From contig OZ223209.1 of assembly GCA_965140415.1 (NCBI GenBank), positions 2,528,001 to 2,592,000 on the forward strand: a stretch of 64,000 nucleotides of DNA. The letters run 5' to 3'. This document shows, piece after piece, positions 1-9,866 of the stretch; within the stretch, counting starts at the first letter, position 1, and each line of letters begins with the position of its first letter. The notes below the pieces were generated by a model. That model did no database searches. It worked only from the letters and a program-made list of their open reading frames with translations, and was not told the DNA's origin. This DNA comes from Myxococcota bacterium. Lineage in GTDB: Bacteria > Myxococcota_A > SURF-8. The position numbers and the translations under genes are program-made.

Positions 1-1466
1 CGGAAGTTTCCTTCCTGAACCTCGCGCTCCAGGTCTTTATTCGTGGCGCAGACGACGCGCACGTTGACTTTACGCGCCTGTGTCGCTCCAACGGGCATGA
101 CTTCGCCTTCCTGCAATGCGCGCAATAGCTTGACTTGCAGGTTATAGGGCGTTTCCCCGATCTCGTCTAAAAACAAGGTGCCGCCATCGGCGACCTCGAA
201 GAGTCCTTTTTTGTTTTCGACCGCGCCGGTAAAGGCTCCCTTCATATGGCCGAACAATTCGCTTTCCAGTAGCGTGTCGGAGAACGTGCCGCAGTTGACC
301 GCGGCGAAAATGCGATTCCGACGCTTGGAGTGGTTGTGGATGGAGCGTGCGACCAGTTCTTTGCCCGTACCCGTATCGCCAAGAATCATAACCGTCAATT
401 CGGAAGGACCGACGGTTTCGATTTGACGCCGAACCGAAAGCATAGCTGCCGATTCGCCGATCAACCGGTATTCATCTTCTTCGCGATGCACGATGGATTT
501 CAGATAGAGGTTTTCATTCTGTAGTTTTTCCTCGGCCTCGCGCACGATTTCGATCAGTTTCATGTTGACGATGCGCGCGCCAAGAATATAGGAAACCACC
601 GAGGCGAAATCGAGATCGGCTTCCGTTAAAGCCGATGAATTGGTCGTGTTGCCGATTTCCAGATAACCGATAACCCGGTTCTGGTGAATCAGGGGAGACA
701 GAATCATGGTGCGCAGCGGCAGTGCTTCCTTTCCGGAACTTCGGATTCCCTGCAATTGGTCTTGGTCGATCAGCAGGGCGCGGGCTTGCCGGTGGGCTTC
801 GTCGAAAAGTTCATTCGAAACCTTCAGCGCGGCATTCACGTCTTTGCATTTACTGGTAAAATACACCTGTCGCCAGCCGCTTTCCTGAATGGTTTCCTCC
901 CGGTGTTGGGCAACGTACTCGGCATTGGGAATATTGTTCAGTAAAAACAAGGCAGTTTGCTGGTAAATGTCCTGGGGCTTTTCCAGTTCGTGCACTTCTT
1001 TCTGAAAACGGAAGAGGGAGCGAACCAGGCTTTTATCATCCAGAATCTGCTGGGAAAGTAGGGAAAAATCGCTGATCGCTCTGGATGCCAGAATGGTTTT
1101 GCCGGATTCTTCTTTCGCTTCGCCTTCCGCTTCGCCCTCGAAAATCCGTAGCGAGATGCGGGCCGGTTCGGACACATCACCCAATAACAATGCATCGCCG
1201 TCCAGCAGTCGATGTTCCTTGAACTTGACGCCATCTACGACAAACCGTTCTCCGGCGCATTCGACCATGGAGCCGTTGGTGCTTTGCAGATCCTGATAAT
1301 AGAATGCGTTATCACGCAGGACGATCTGACCGTGCAGGCTTGATACGCGCGGGTCGTAGAGCACGAAGTCGTTGGACTCCGCTCGCCCGATCAAAATATG
1401 GTCCTTGGAAAAGGTGCGTTGGATTTTATCTTTTTCGGTATCGACGCTCATTTCGATGAGCCACAT
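1..1466 (-). CDS. FHA-GAF-AAA+ sigma54-dependent enhancer-binding protein (runs off the left window edge)
   Basis: Read by hand; absent from the ORF track because its stop lies outside the window. ATG at 1466 after AAAGGA. FHA motifs [22 protein letters not shown] and DLQSTNGS, a GAF-like middle, then [31 protein letters not shown] and [11 protein letters not shown]. Confidence 0.93.
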   Translation of the reverse strand, partial: MWLIEMSVDTEKDKIQRTFSKDHILIGRAESNDFVLYDPRVSSLHGQIVLRDNAFYYQDLQSTNGSMVECAGERFVVDGVKFKEHRLLDGDALLLGDVSEPARISLRIFEGEAEGEAKEESGKTILASRAISDFSLLSQQILDDKSLVRSLFRFQKEVHELEKPQDIYQQTALFLLNNIPNAEYVAQHREETIQESGWRQVYFTSKCKDVNAALKVSNELFDEAHRQARALLIDQDQLQGIRSSGKEALPLRTMILSPLIHQNRVIGYLEIGNTTNSSALTEADLDFASVVSYILGARIVNMKLIEIVREAEEKLQNENLYLKSIVHREEDEYRLIGESAAMLSVRRQIETVGPSELTVMILGDTGTGKELVARSIHNHSKRRNRIFAAVNCGTFSDTLLESELFGHMKGAFTGAVENKKGLFEVADGGTLFLDEIGETPYNLQVKLLRALQEGEVMPVGATQARKVNVRVVCATNKDLEREVQEGNF

Positions 1467-1491
1467 GGTTTGCGTCCTTTCAAAAACGTGA

Positions 1492-2487
1492 TTACCAACT
1501 TCCCAGAAGCGAAAGTCCGATCGTAAAATACGAAGAGGAGCGGGCCGGATCGAACAGGATCATCCCACCGGTGCCGATCGTCGTTCCCAGCGCGAGTTCG
1601 GGCAGCGCTCGCCAGTACGCGCCGGGTTCCGCCTTCCATGCCAGCCCGACTTCATCCGCGACTCCCCCGCGACCGAAAATTCCCACTCCCAGGCCAATGG
1701 GAATGTGGAGCAGAAATCGATTCTTGACGAACAGGTAAGCGGGTTGAAGTTGCAAGTTGAGTGCGTTTAGGGCGTCATTACCGCCTTTGCCCTCGTGGCG
1801 TTGATAGCCCAATGCTGCGCCTAAATAAAAGCCGTTTGCCAGTTGATGCTCGAATGTGACATCCATCGCCAGACCGGCATGATAGGCATCGCGGTCTTCT
1901 TCGCCCAACAGGATTGCGGCTTTCAGTGAAAATCCGAACAGACGCTCGGGCCGGATCCATGGATCGGGTTCGGGGATCGGTTCGGGTAAGGGTTTTTCTT
2001 CCGGAATCGACTCCGGCTCCGGTATGGGGTCCGGTTGCTGAATGGGTTCCGGCTCTGGAGCGGGTTGTTGTGCCTTGACTTGCAGGAATACCTGATAAAT
2101 CTTGGGAGAAACTTTCGATTCGGAAAGATCGAAGCCGGGATTTAGCGCGAAAATGTCACGAAAGGCATCTTTGGCGGCTTCTGTCCGATCCAACGCGACC
2201 AGGGAATAGGCTCGGAAGCGGTGGATTTCAATCAACAGATCCGTATCGGCAGACGTCTTTTCTTCGATTTCCCGGGCCTGCTCCAGTTTTTCTAGCGTGC
2301 AGGCGAAGTTGATTTCGCCATAACACATCAACGCTTCCTGAAAGAGCATTTTGGCCTGCTCGGATTCGGCGTAGCAGGGCGGACCGATCCATCCGAACAA
2401 GAGCCACAATATCAGGCTGCACAGTCCCCAGTGTAGCGCCCGCGATGCTTTGGGAATTTCGAACTGTTGCACAGTCACCTGTGTCAA
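1492..2487 (-). CDS. Secreted TPR-like + Pro/Glu linker + C-terminal outer-membrane beta-barrel-like protein
   Basis: Signal-like N-terminus, helical TPR-like segment, (PEPI)n linker, alternating aromatic/Gly strands ending in Trp. The start codon is uncertain. Confidence 0.65.
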   Translation of the reverse strand: MTQVTVQQFEIPKASRALHWGLCSLILWLLFGWIGPPCYAESEQAKMLFQEALMCYGEINFACTLEKLEQAREIEEKTSADTDLLIEIHRFRAYSLVALDRTEAAKDAFRDIFALNPGFDLSESKVSPKIYQVFLQVKAQQPAPEPEPIQQPDPIPEPESIPEEKPLPEPIPEPDPWIRPERLFGFSLKAAILLGEEDRDAYHAGLAMDVTFEHQLANGFYLGAALGYQRHEGKGGNDALNALNLQLQPAYLFVKNRFLLHIPIGLGVGIFGRGGVADEVGLAWKAEPGAYWRALPELALGTTIGTGGMILFDPARSSSYFTIGLSLLGSW

Positions 2488-2689
2488 GAAATTGTTACAC
2501 CCGAGTCTTCCATTCGCTACAAAATGACGAGTCCGAGGTGAATGGATTCAGGTTTTTCGTTTAGTAATTATCCGGTAATACTATTGAAACGGATTTCGTC
2601 AAGCATAGTTGCAAATGAGCGGCAACCGTTTCGTAATTGATTGAGGATGCTATCAGTTTCAGTAGATGTAGGCAAGAATAATTGTCAAT

Positions 2690-4837
2690 TCAGGGTTCGC
2701 GGAGTTGCAGTGTCAAACGATGGGTATTCGTTTCTCCTGAAAATCCATACTGTAGCCGATGGGTTCCGCTGTAGATTCGATGGCCTGAACTGGGAGTCGT
2801 GATGGCCTTGCCTCCATCGATGGAGAGAGTCGCCCAGGGTTGCGCGTCTACATTCAGTGTGGCCACAGCTTTTAAAAGTCCGCTGCCGTTTTTTTCCTGC
2901 TTAATGTGAATGCGCAACAGCAGGCGTTCTTTGCTGTTTGCACTGCCAATCGAAACCAGGTGAACCGTCTGTTCCGCGCGAGGAATGCGTAACCGGTTTC
3001 CGCCTTTGCGCCCGTTATGGCCGATGATGCTGTTTGGCGGTGCTTCAAAAAACAGCGTGCTGCTGAATGGAACGAGCTTGAACTCCACGTCGCCCTGCTG
3101 GCGAGCAGGGGTGATGCTGGTGCTTACACTGGTGTAACCGCTCAGGCTTGCCATAAGTTTTACCGGACGATTCGGTATCAGCGATTCGAGCAGATAAGGC
3201 GAGTGCCCCGGTTGCTTTTTGCCGTCCACATACAATTCCGCATTTTCCGGTTCCATTTTGACGGTAACGGCTTTGTAAATGGATTGCAGGCGGTAATGGA
3301 ACTCTTTGGAATCCTTTTGCGTTTCTTCGATGATGAATTCGGTTTGAATCGGGACGAAATCGTCTTTTTCGATTCGCAGACGCTGCTTGATTCCCAATGG
3401 CAGTTTGCCCAGTGCAAGCGGGGTTTGTCCCTTTACCTCTTCTTCGTTCAACCAGACGGAAGCTCCTGGGGGATCCGTGTTCAGTTTGCAAGCCTGCTGG
3501 CTACGCTGCAACGTGGGGGAAAGCTTCAGGACTTCATCGGCTTGTAGGCGAATTTCCTGCTGCCAGATTTGATGATACGCCAGTTGAAGCGCGAGGCGGT
3601 GAGGTTTCCCTGCCGTGATTTCAGGTAAAATCGCCGGAGTACGGTAGGGCGTGGGAACGTCATCCAGCAGCACCCGCGCACCCGGAGGGGTCGAATCGAT
3701 CTGCACGCTTGCCAATGGGATGTTGTTGAGCCAGAAGAAAAGAGCGATGCCCAACGAGGCAGCAAGAAGCAGCATGAAGACCCAGGAGGCTGCTCTTTTT
3801 CGTTTGACCACGGGTGCACTGCTTGAAATGACTGGTGGAGCCGTGGGTGTCGATTCGGCTTCGGGTTTGGGTTCCGAGATCGGTTTGGCGGATAGTATCG
3901 TGCGTTCCGGCGCGACCACTCGTTGCTGTAAGCGATCCGGGAAGAGTTCGGCCATCATTCGGTCAAGAGGTTGCGTCGCTGCCGGAAGTTTAGCCAGGAT
4001 GCCTTCGATTTCGTGCAGCATTTCCCGCGCGGTGGAGAATCGTTCCGCTTTTTCGGGATGGCAGGCACGGTGCAGCAGATCCGTCAATTCCGCAGGTGCC
4101 TGCTCGATAGGTGGATAATCGATGGCCCCGGCTACGATGCTGCGCAGTAGCGCTTCCGTTGGAAGTCCAAGTGGAAAGGCGCGTTTTCCGTAGAGCATTT
4201 CGTATAGCACCAGCCCCAGCGAATAAATGTCCGAGCGGCGGTCGTGGCTTTCGCCCCGCACCACTTCCGGTGGCATGTAACCGTATTTACCGACCAGTTG
4301 ATCGTTGTTGTTGCGCGCTCCTTCGTGCGCATCGGCCAATCCGAAATCCGTTACTTTGACTTCGCCTTCGAAGCTTAACAGAATATTGGACGGGCTGATA
4401 TCGCGGTGGGTAAGCTGGAGGTCTTGGCCTCCATCATCTTTGAGCCGGTGAGCGTAATCCAAGCCCCGGCAGATATCGGCGGCGATATGTAAGGCGATGG
4501 CGAGGGGAAGCTTTCGGTCTTGTTGTTGAAGACGATTGAGCAGCGAGCCCAAATCGACGCCGTCTACATATTCCATCGCCAGAAACAGCGATCCATTCAA
4601 GGTTCCGAAATCGTAGACGTGCACGATGTTCGCATGATTCAGTCGCGCGGCCAGTCTCGCTTCGGAAGAGAAGCGCGCCTCGAAGCCTTCGCGACAGGTA
4701 AGCGCGGGCAGGATGCGTTTGACTGCGACGGTTTTTTCGAAGCCGCCTTCGCGGGACAGACGGGCCTTGAAGACCTCTCCCATGCCGCCCGCTGCGATGC
4801 GCTCCAGCAGGTGATATTGACCGAAACGATCCGTCAT
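2690..4837 (-). CDS. Membrane Hanks-type Ser/Thr protein kinase with extracytoplasmic PEGA domains
   Basis: GGMGEVF, VAVK, HRDISPSNIL, DFG and YMPPE motifs; one TM helix; PEGA starts STPPGARV, TDPPGASV and MEPENAEL. Confidence 0.95.
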   Translation of the reverse strand: MTDRFGQYHLLERIAAGGMGEVFKARLSREGGFEKTVAVKRILPALTCREGFEARFSSEARLAARLNHANIVHVYDFGTLNGSLFLAMEYVDGVDLGSLLNRLQQQDRKLPLAIALHIAADICRGLDYAHRLKDDGGQDLQLTHRDISPSNILLSFEGEVKVTDFGLADAHEGARNNNDQLVGKYGYMPPEVVRGESHDRRSDIYSLGLVLYEMLYGKRAFPLGLPTEALLRSIVAGAIDYPPIEQAPAELTDLLHRACHPEKAERFSTAREMLHEIEGILAKLPAATQPLDRMMAELFPDRLQQRVVAPERTILSAKPISEPKPEAESTPTAPPVISSSAPVVKRKRAASWVFMLLLAASLGIALFFWLNNIPLASVQIDSTPPGARVLLDDVPTPYRTPAILPEITAGKPHRLALQLAYHQIWQQEIRLQADEVLKLSPTLQRSQQACKLNTDPPGASVWLNEEEVKGQTPLALGKLPLGIKQRLRIEKDDFVPIQTEFIIEETQKDSKEFHYRLQSIYKAVTVKMEPENAELYVDGKKQPGHSPYLLESLIPNRPVKLMASLSGYTSVSTSITPARQQGDVEFKLVPFSSTLFFEAPPNSIIGHNGRKGGNRLRIPRAEQTVHLVSIGSANSKERLLLRIHIKQEKNGSGLLKAVATLNVDAQPWATLSIDGGKAITTPSSGHRIYSGTHRLQYGFSGETNTHRLTLQLREP

Positions 4838-4856
4838 CGACCGATATCCTTACCCG

Positions 4857-7853
4857 TTAGGCGTTTCGTCGCCGTGCGACAAGCAAGAGGGCAAGCGCCA
4901 ACAGCAGTAAACTTGCAGATCCGCTTGATGTAGTGCGGCAGCCGTCTGAATCATCGGAGGAGACCGAATCCAAGTCGGCATCGCCCGGAGTCATATCCTG
5001 GTCTCCTGGCTGTATGCTGTCGTCTTCATCGCCGTCAATGGTGGCTTCCGAATCGAATTCGACCGCTTCCGCATCGCCGTCGATAAGAGCGTCTGACTCA
5101 GCGTCGAGATCACCATCTATGTCCCCATCGGTTGTAGAATCGGCAAACCAGGCGGATAGCGTACCGGAATAGAGTACGTCCTTTCCTGCTGCATCGGGAA
5201 GCAGCATGAGGTACCATTGTCCTTCAACAGGTACGTCGAAGCTCGCTTGTAGACCATGCACGATCTCGGTTGCAATGCGCTGCCCGCCTGTTGCATAGGC
5301 GTTCAGTTGCTCCTCGTTCAATAATACCAGTACGCCATCGGGAGTATTGCTCGGTTGGTAGGTCGTGTCTCCCGTGTAGCTGTTACGGCCCTTCAATACG
5401 GCGTATTCGCCCTGTACGATGAAATCCACCCGGTGGTGACCGTCCGAGTCCAACTCGTCTTTTGCACTCTGTACCTGCCAGTAATCGTTCATGCTTCCCG
5501 ATAAAGACTGCGACCAGGTAAAGCTTTCACCTGCATCCGTTGCCGTATCCGTCAAAATTTGGGTGGCACCGTCTTCCGGGTAATTTCCCAGCACGCTTTC
5601 CACACGAATGTAATAGTTCTGGTGTTCTCCCACTTCAAATGTGATTTCTCCGTTGTCATCGGTCGGTCCCCAGATGCAGGCGGTCAGATCCGAACTGTAA
5701 TAGGTTTCGCTGGAAAGCTGCACGTGCGCGCCGTCCACCGGGCGGTCATCGGCATCGGTGATGCGCACCGTGATTGTGATGGAGTCGGAGTAATCGCCGA
5801 TCACCGAACGTACCGTGCCATCGGGTTCTATTGACAGAATGCAGGAGCAGTCTTTCCCGCCACCCTGTTGCTTGTCGTAACTGACGCCCGGATTGGCGAT
5901 GCGCGTATGCAGATCGCTCCAGTCCACCTGGAAAGGGAACCAGCGGTCGTCCAGGTATACCTGGTTCCATACGTGATCTTCCGGGTGATCCGTAACAAGC
6001 AGGGTGGGGATCAGGCTGGCGCGTGCCGCCGCGCCGATGGTGTCCTGGATTTCTCCGCAATTGCCGAAGTGGTTGTAAGCGGTGCGCACCGGCTGAACGG
6101 CCCGATCCGCCGTGGGATGCATCGAGAAATATTCGCTGACATTGTAATTCAGCAGATCGCCTACGAAAAAGCCGATTTTGTCCAGCGCGAAGGTCTCCGG
6201 GTCAAGCTTGCGCTCGCCACCGATGCCATCGTGGCGTTGCCCGTCCCATGCGAGGTTTGTAGCGGTCATTACTTCCGTCAGTTTGTAGAATCCGCCTTCT
6301 TCCAACGTGTCACGAGTAGTCGTTCCCAGCGTTTGGCGAGTGAAGCCGCCAGGCATGACCAGACCGTCCCAGAGGTCTACGTCGTTTTCTACTGCACCAT
6401 GGAGTTGCAAAACGCCTCCCCGGTCGATGTAGCCTTCCAGATCGGACTTGCGATCCGCCAGAACCTGATACAACGCCAGCGGCTGATCGGAAGGGACGAT
6501 CACTTTGCGGTAGACGTCCAGCGCGTTCGCGTTTAACGCGGCGAATGCGGAGGAATCCATGACCGTGTAAGTCATTTCCATTTCGGTCAAGGTGTCGGTG
6601 ACGGTTGCCGAACCGAAGGGGTCGCGGTCTTTTACGACCAGCGTATGCTTGAAGCGGTTCAATTGCGCGTGACCGTTTAGAAATCCGAGCATGTTTTTCA
6701 ACAGGTTCTTGTCCGCCAGCTTTTCCACAGCGATCAAGCTTGCCAGCACCGATCCGTCCGGGCCTTGATCGTCATTGCCATACGAACTGTTGCCGAAGGT
6801 GAATTCAACCATTACGGGCAATCCATCGCTGCTGCGGCGAACCAATATTCTTGGACCGATGGCAAAATCGGCAAAGACGGCGTCCCGCTCCGTTTGTAGA
6901 GTAGGGAATTGATCGCCATGAAGATTGTTTGGCAGCGTGAAGACATCGTGGGCGGAATATGCAATCGGCGGTTCTTCCGCATCGAGGTAGTAGGGACGCC
7001 AGAAAATGCCGTCGGGTGCGCTTGCTGGATCGCCGGTCGTCGGATCGATTCGCTGCACCCGCTCGAAATCCATTTTCATATTGACCACCGCCCGGTAGTA
7101 CATCTCTTCCGGCAGTTGCCATTGAACGGTTTCGTCATCGCGCGTGATCCAATACGTCAAGGTCGTCTTTCCGCCATCCAACTCCACAATATCCACGTAA
7201 TTCAACAGCGTGGCGCGTTCGTAGATCAACTGCGCGTTTTCAGCAATCAGTTCCGGTTCCGAGGATAAATAGACCAGATCCCGCACGGTCATGTGCGATA
7301 GCACCCAGGCGATTTCGTCGTCCAGTAGTGGATCGGTGTTGGAAACGAGCAGATTGCTAAGCGCCCAGTTCTGGCTGCTGCTCATCGAACTCATCCGGGC
7401 CAGAAATGCAGCTTGCCAGTTTTCGTCAATGTTTCCGATGCGTTGCGATGCCGCATCAAGGGTGTCATGCAACGCGATTTCGCTTTTCGCAAAGCTGTGC
7501 TCGTCGACAACAAGCTCCTGATTCTCGACATCGATCTTGTAAATGGCCGGTCGATATAAATTCGTTCGTACTTTGATGTCCAGTTGCGCGTCGCTGGGAT
7601 CATTTACGGGCACCGGTTTGATTACTTGGTCTTTAATTTGTTTTTTATGCTCGGCAAGTGGCAGCAGCGTATCTTTTACTGCCGCAGAAAAAGGAATGCT
7701 TTCGCTGTGTGCAATCAACGGAACTGCCAGACCGGTTTGAGGGGAAATACTCCACGTTGAGCTTGGATCGGCAAGCGCGCTTGAGGAAACAAGAAAAGCA
7801 CCGAGCAGCATCACACATGCCAAATGCAACTCACCAGCGAACATCTTCTTCAT
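4857..7853 (-). CDS. Large secreted transglutaminase-like protein with Ig-like domain, Asp-rich tail and MYXO-CTERM-like anchor
   Basis: Signal peptide; GNCGEIQ...DHVWNQVYLDDRW catalytic-like Cys/His; VRITDADDRPVDGAHV domain; DGD-rich linker; GC-Ser linker-TM-RRR tail. Confidence 0.8.
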   Translation of the reverse strand: MKKMFAGELHLACVMLLGAFLVSSSALADPSSTWSISPQTGLAVPLIAHSESIPFSAAVKDTLLPLAEHKKQIKDQVIKPVPVNDPSDAQLDIKVRTNLYRPAIYKIDVENQELVVDEHSFAKSEIALHDTLDAASQRIGNIDENWQAAFLARMSSMSSSQNWALSNLLVSNTDPLLDDEIAWVLSHMTVRDLVYLSSEPELIAENAQLIYERATLLNYVDIVELDGGKTTLTYWITRDDETVQWQLPEEMYYRAVVNMKMDFERVQRIDPTTGDPASAPDGIFWRPYYLDAEEPPIAYSAHDVFTLPNNLHGDQFPTLQTERDAVFADFAIGPRILVRRSSDGLPVMVEFTFGNSSYGNDDQGPDGSVLASLIAVEKLADKNLLKNMLGFLNGHAQLNRFKHTLVVKDRDPFGSATVTDTLTEMEMTYTVMDSSAFAALNANALDVYRKVIVPSDQPLALYQVLADRKSDLEGYIDRGGVLQLHGAVENDVDLWDGLVMPGGFTRQTLGTTTRDTLEEGGFYKLTEVMTATNLAWDGQRHDGIGGERKLDPETFALDKIGFFVGDLLNYNVSEYFSMHPTADRAVQPVRTAYNHFGNCGEIQDTIGAAARASLIPTLLVTDHPEDHVWNQVYLDDRWFPFQVDWSDLHTRIANPGVSYDKQQGGGKDCSCILSIEPDGTVRSVIGDYSDSITITVRITDADDRPVDGAHVQLSSETYYSSDLTACIWGPTDDNGEITFEVGEHQNYYIRVESVLGNYPEDGATQILTDTATDAGESFTWSQSLSGSMNDYWQVQSAKDELDSDGHHRVDFIVQGEYAVLKGRNSYTGDTTYQPSNTPDGVLVLLNEEQLNAYATGGQRIATEIVHGLQASFDVPVEGQWYLMLLPDAAGKDVLYSGTLSAWFADSTTDGDIDGDLDAESDALIDGDAEAVEFDSEATIDGDEDDSIQPGDQDMTPGDADLDSVSSDDSDGCRTTSSGSASLLLLALALLLVARRRNA

Positions 7854-8178
7854 GGTTCGTACCCCCAGGTATACGTCGAACTTATTTGATTCTAGACCCT
7901 CTATTACTCATTTCTGTCCATCTGGCAATCGGGATGTGCCATGGTCTCACGGAATGGAAATTCCGGGAGGCCGTGTTTAACTTACTGAAGACACACAGCC
8001 TTCCACGATCTTCGATCGCGTAAGACTATGGCACAAAATCTTCGAATCCGTGACTAAAATGATTAAGAGTTACTATATATCGAAAACCGGGCACAGCTTA
8101 CCACAGACCCGCAACAATGCGCAACGCGCGGAATCGCCGTTTCATGCTTTTCTTCGTTTTCTATCTGGTTGAAATCGT

Positions 8179-9711
8179 TCAGGGACAGGCGAGAGGATAA
8201 CTGTTGGAGGGGTCCACTCCTGAGCCTCCACAATAATAGCCGGTGGAATCGTCTACCCAGCCGCAGTCCAGCCCGTAGGTCGAGCAATCGTCGGCGACCA
8301 GCTCTTGCGTATCGGTATCGCACCAGCGAGCCACGGAGCCGTCGCAGCAGCCAACCCATTGCACATCGCCGCAGCCGAGGTCCGGTTCGTCGCTGTCTTG
8401 ATCGCCGTCGGGAGAGATTTCGTCTGTGCAGTAGTAGCCCAAAGCATCATCGACCCAGCCGCAGCCCTGGTCGCAGGGGGCGCAGTTTTTGAAAAGAATC
8501 TGACCATCTTCGCACCAGCGGGCGACATGCCCCGTATCGCAGTAGCCTTCGAAGGTGACGCCCTCGCAGGGATCGGGCAGGCAGCGATACTGATTGCTGT
8601 CGTTCTGGCCGCACACCATTTCAAGGTTGCGGCAGTTTTGCTGGATTAAAATGTCGTTGTCGCAGAATATCGCCGTACTTCCAGAACAGGAGCCGGTTTC
8701 CGTCACATCGCCGCAGCCTTGCGGTTCGCTGATGAAACTGTTGATCCAAGCGAGATCGGCCTGGGCGCTGGCGAAATGATCGACATCCAGGCAGGATTCG
8801 TCGCCCCAACTAACCGTGCCGATAAGGCGCAATCCCTCACCGAAGTCGTAGAGTGACGGTCCACCCGAATCGCCGAAACAAACGCTTCCCTGGCCGTTGC
8901 CATTGACGGCGAATTCGGCGCCGGAAACATATTCGATATCTTCGACTATCCAGAACTTCTGGCTGTTGTTGTCATCGTTCTGAGTTGCTCCGTAGCCGCC
9001 ATTCTGTACGCGCTGATCGACCAGAGTCTGATCCAAGGCCCGATCGTTGACGGGAATCGGTTCGATGTTCGGGGCCTTGGTATAGGCGGATTCGCTAAGC
9101 ACCAGCACGGCGTTATCATGGCTGGCTGCGGTGTAGCTGTTGGGACTGTATAAGGAATTGGCTTCCATCTGTTGAACGTCGAAAACCGCTTGCGGAGAAC
9201 TGGCGTCGGAACCGATGGCAAACTGGACCTGGCTGGGACTGTAGAGTCCCTGTAGGCAGTGTGCGGCAGTCAAAACGACATTGCTGGCAATCAAGGTGCC
9301 GGTACAGAAATTGCTGTATCCGCCGCCCCAGGCACTTTGCTGTACCAGTGCGCCGACCGCCAATTGCTGGCCAGAAGTCATGTTGAACAGAGAAGGGGTT
9401 TCGGTTCCGTTGTAAATCTTGAAACTTGGCGCTTGCAGAGGGGCTGTTTTGGTGTAATCACCAACACCGCACATATTGACTGCCGAGTCTCCATCGGAAG
9501 TGCTATCCCCGTCTGTGATTATCCTGTCGCCGTCCACAACGGGAATCCAGGGAATACTGCTGTCGCTATCACCATCCGAATCGGAGCTTTCCGAATCGCC
9601 ATCGGTTTCGTCACCGTCCAACTGCAAACCGCTATCTTCAGAGCAGGAGGCCAACAGGGAAAGAGTCACAACTACACAAATTGCCAGTAACATCCCATAA
9701 CTGCGTTTCAC
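8179..9711 (-). CDS. S1 (trypsin-fold) serine protease lipoprotein with Cys-rich C-terminal modules
   Basis: Lipobox LLASC; IYNG mature start; TAAHC, HDNAVL and GDSGGP triad motifs. Confidence 0.93.
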   Translation of the reverse strand: MKRSYGMLLAICVVVTLSLLASCSEDSGLQLDGDETDGDSESSDSDGDSDSSIPWIPVVDGDRIITDGDSTSDGDSAVNMCGVGDYTKTAPLQAPSFKIYNGTETPSLFNMTSGQQLAVGALVQQSAWGGGYSNFCTGTLIASNVVLTAAHCLQGLYSPSQVQFAIGSDASSPQAVFDVQQMEANSLYSPNSYTAASHDNAVLVLSESAYTKAPNIEPIPVNDRALDQTLVDQRVQNGGYGATQNDDNNSQKFWIVEDIEYVSGAEFAVNGNGQGSVCFGDSGGPSLYDFGEGLRLIGTVSWGDESCLDVDHFASAQADLAWINSFISEPQGCGDVTETGSCSGSTAIFCDNDILIQQNCRNLEMVCGQNDSNQYRCLPDPCEGVTFEGYCDTGHVARWCEDGQILFKNCAPCDQGCGWVDDALGYYCTDEISPDGDQDSDEPDLGCGDVQWVGCCDGSVARWCDTDTQELVADDCSTYGLDCGWVDDSTGYYCGGSGVDPSNSYPLACP

Positions 9712-9866
9712 AACCTTCTCCTTACATAAACCTTTACCCAGTCGAATTTTGCGAGGTCATCGCATCTCGACCTATTTTACATGGTTTGTCCGGCATGTAA
9801 AAGCAAACTGATTGATAAAGCCGAGGTTTTTTGTATGTATGCAATAATGACGGTTCAGTTCGGCAA

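Noticed and set aside
7923-7941. TGGCA-N9-TGCCA as a sigma54 promoter
   Set aside because: GG-to-GC spacing is 12 rather than 10. It may be an operator, but support is too weak.
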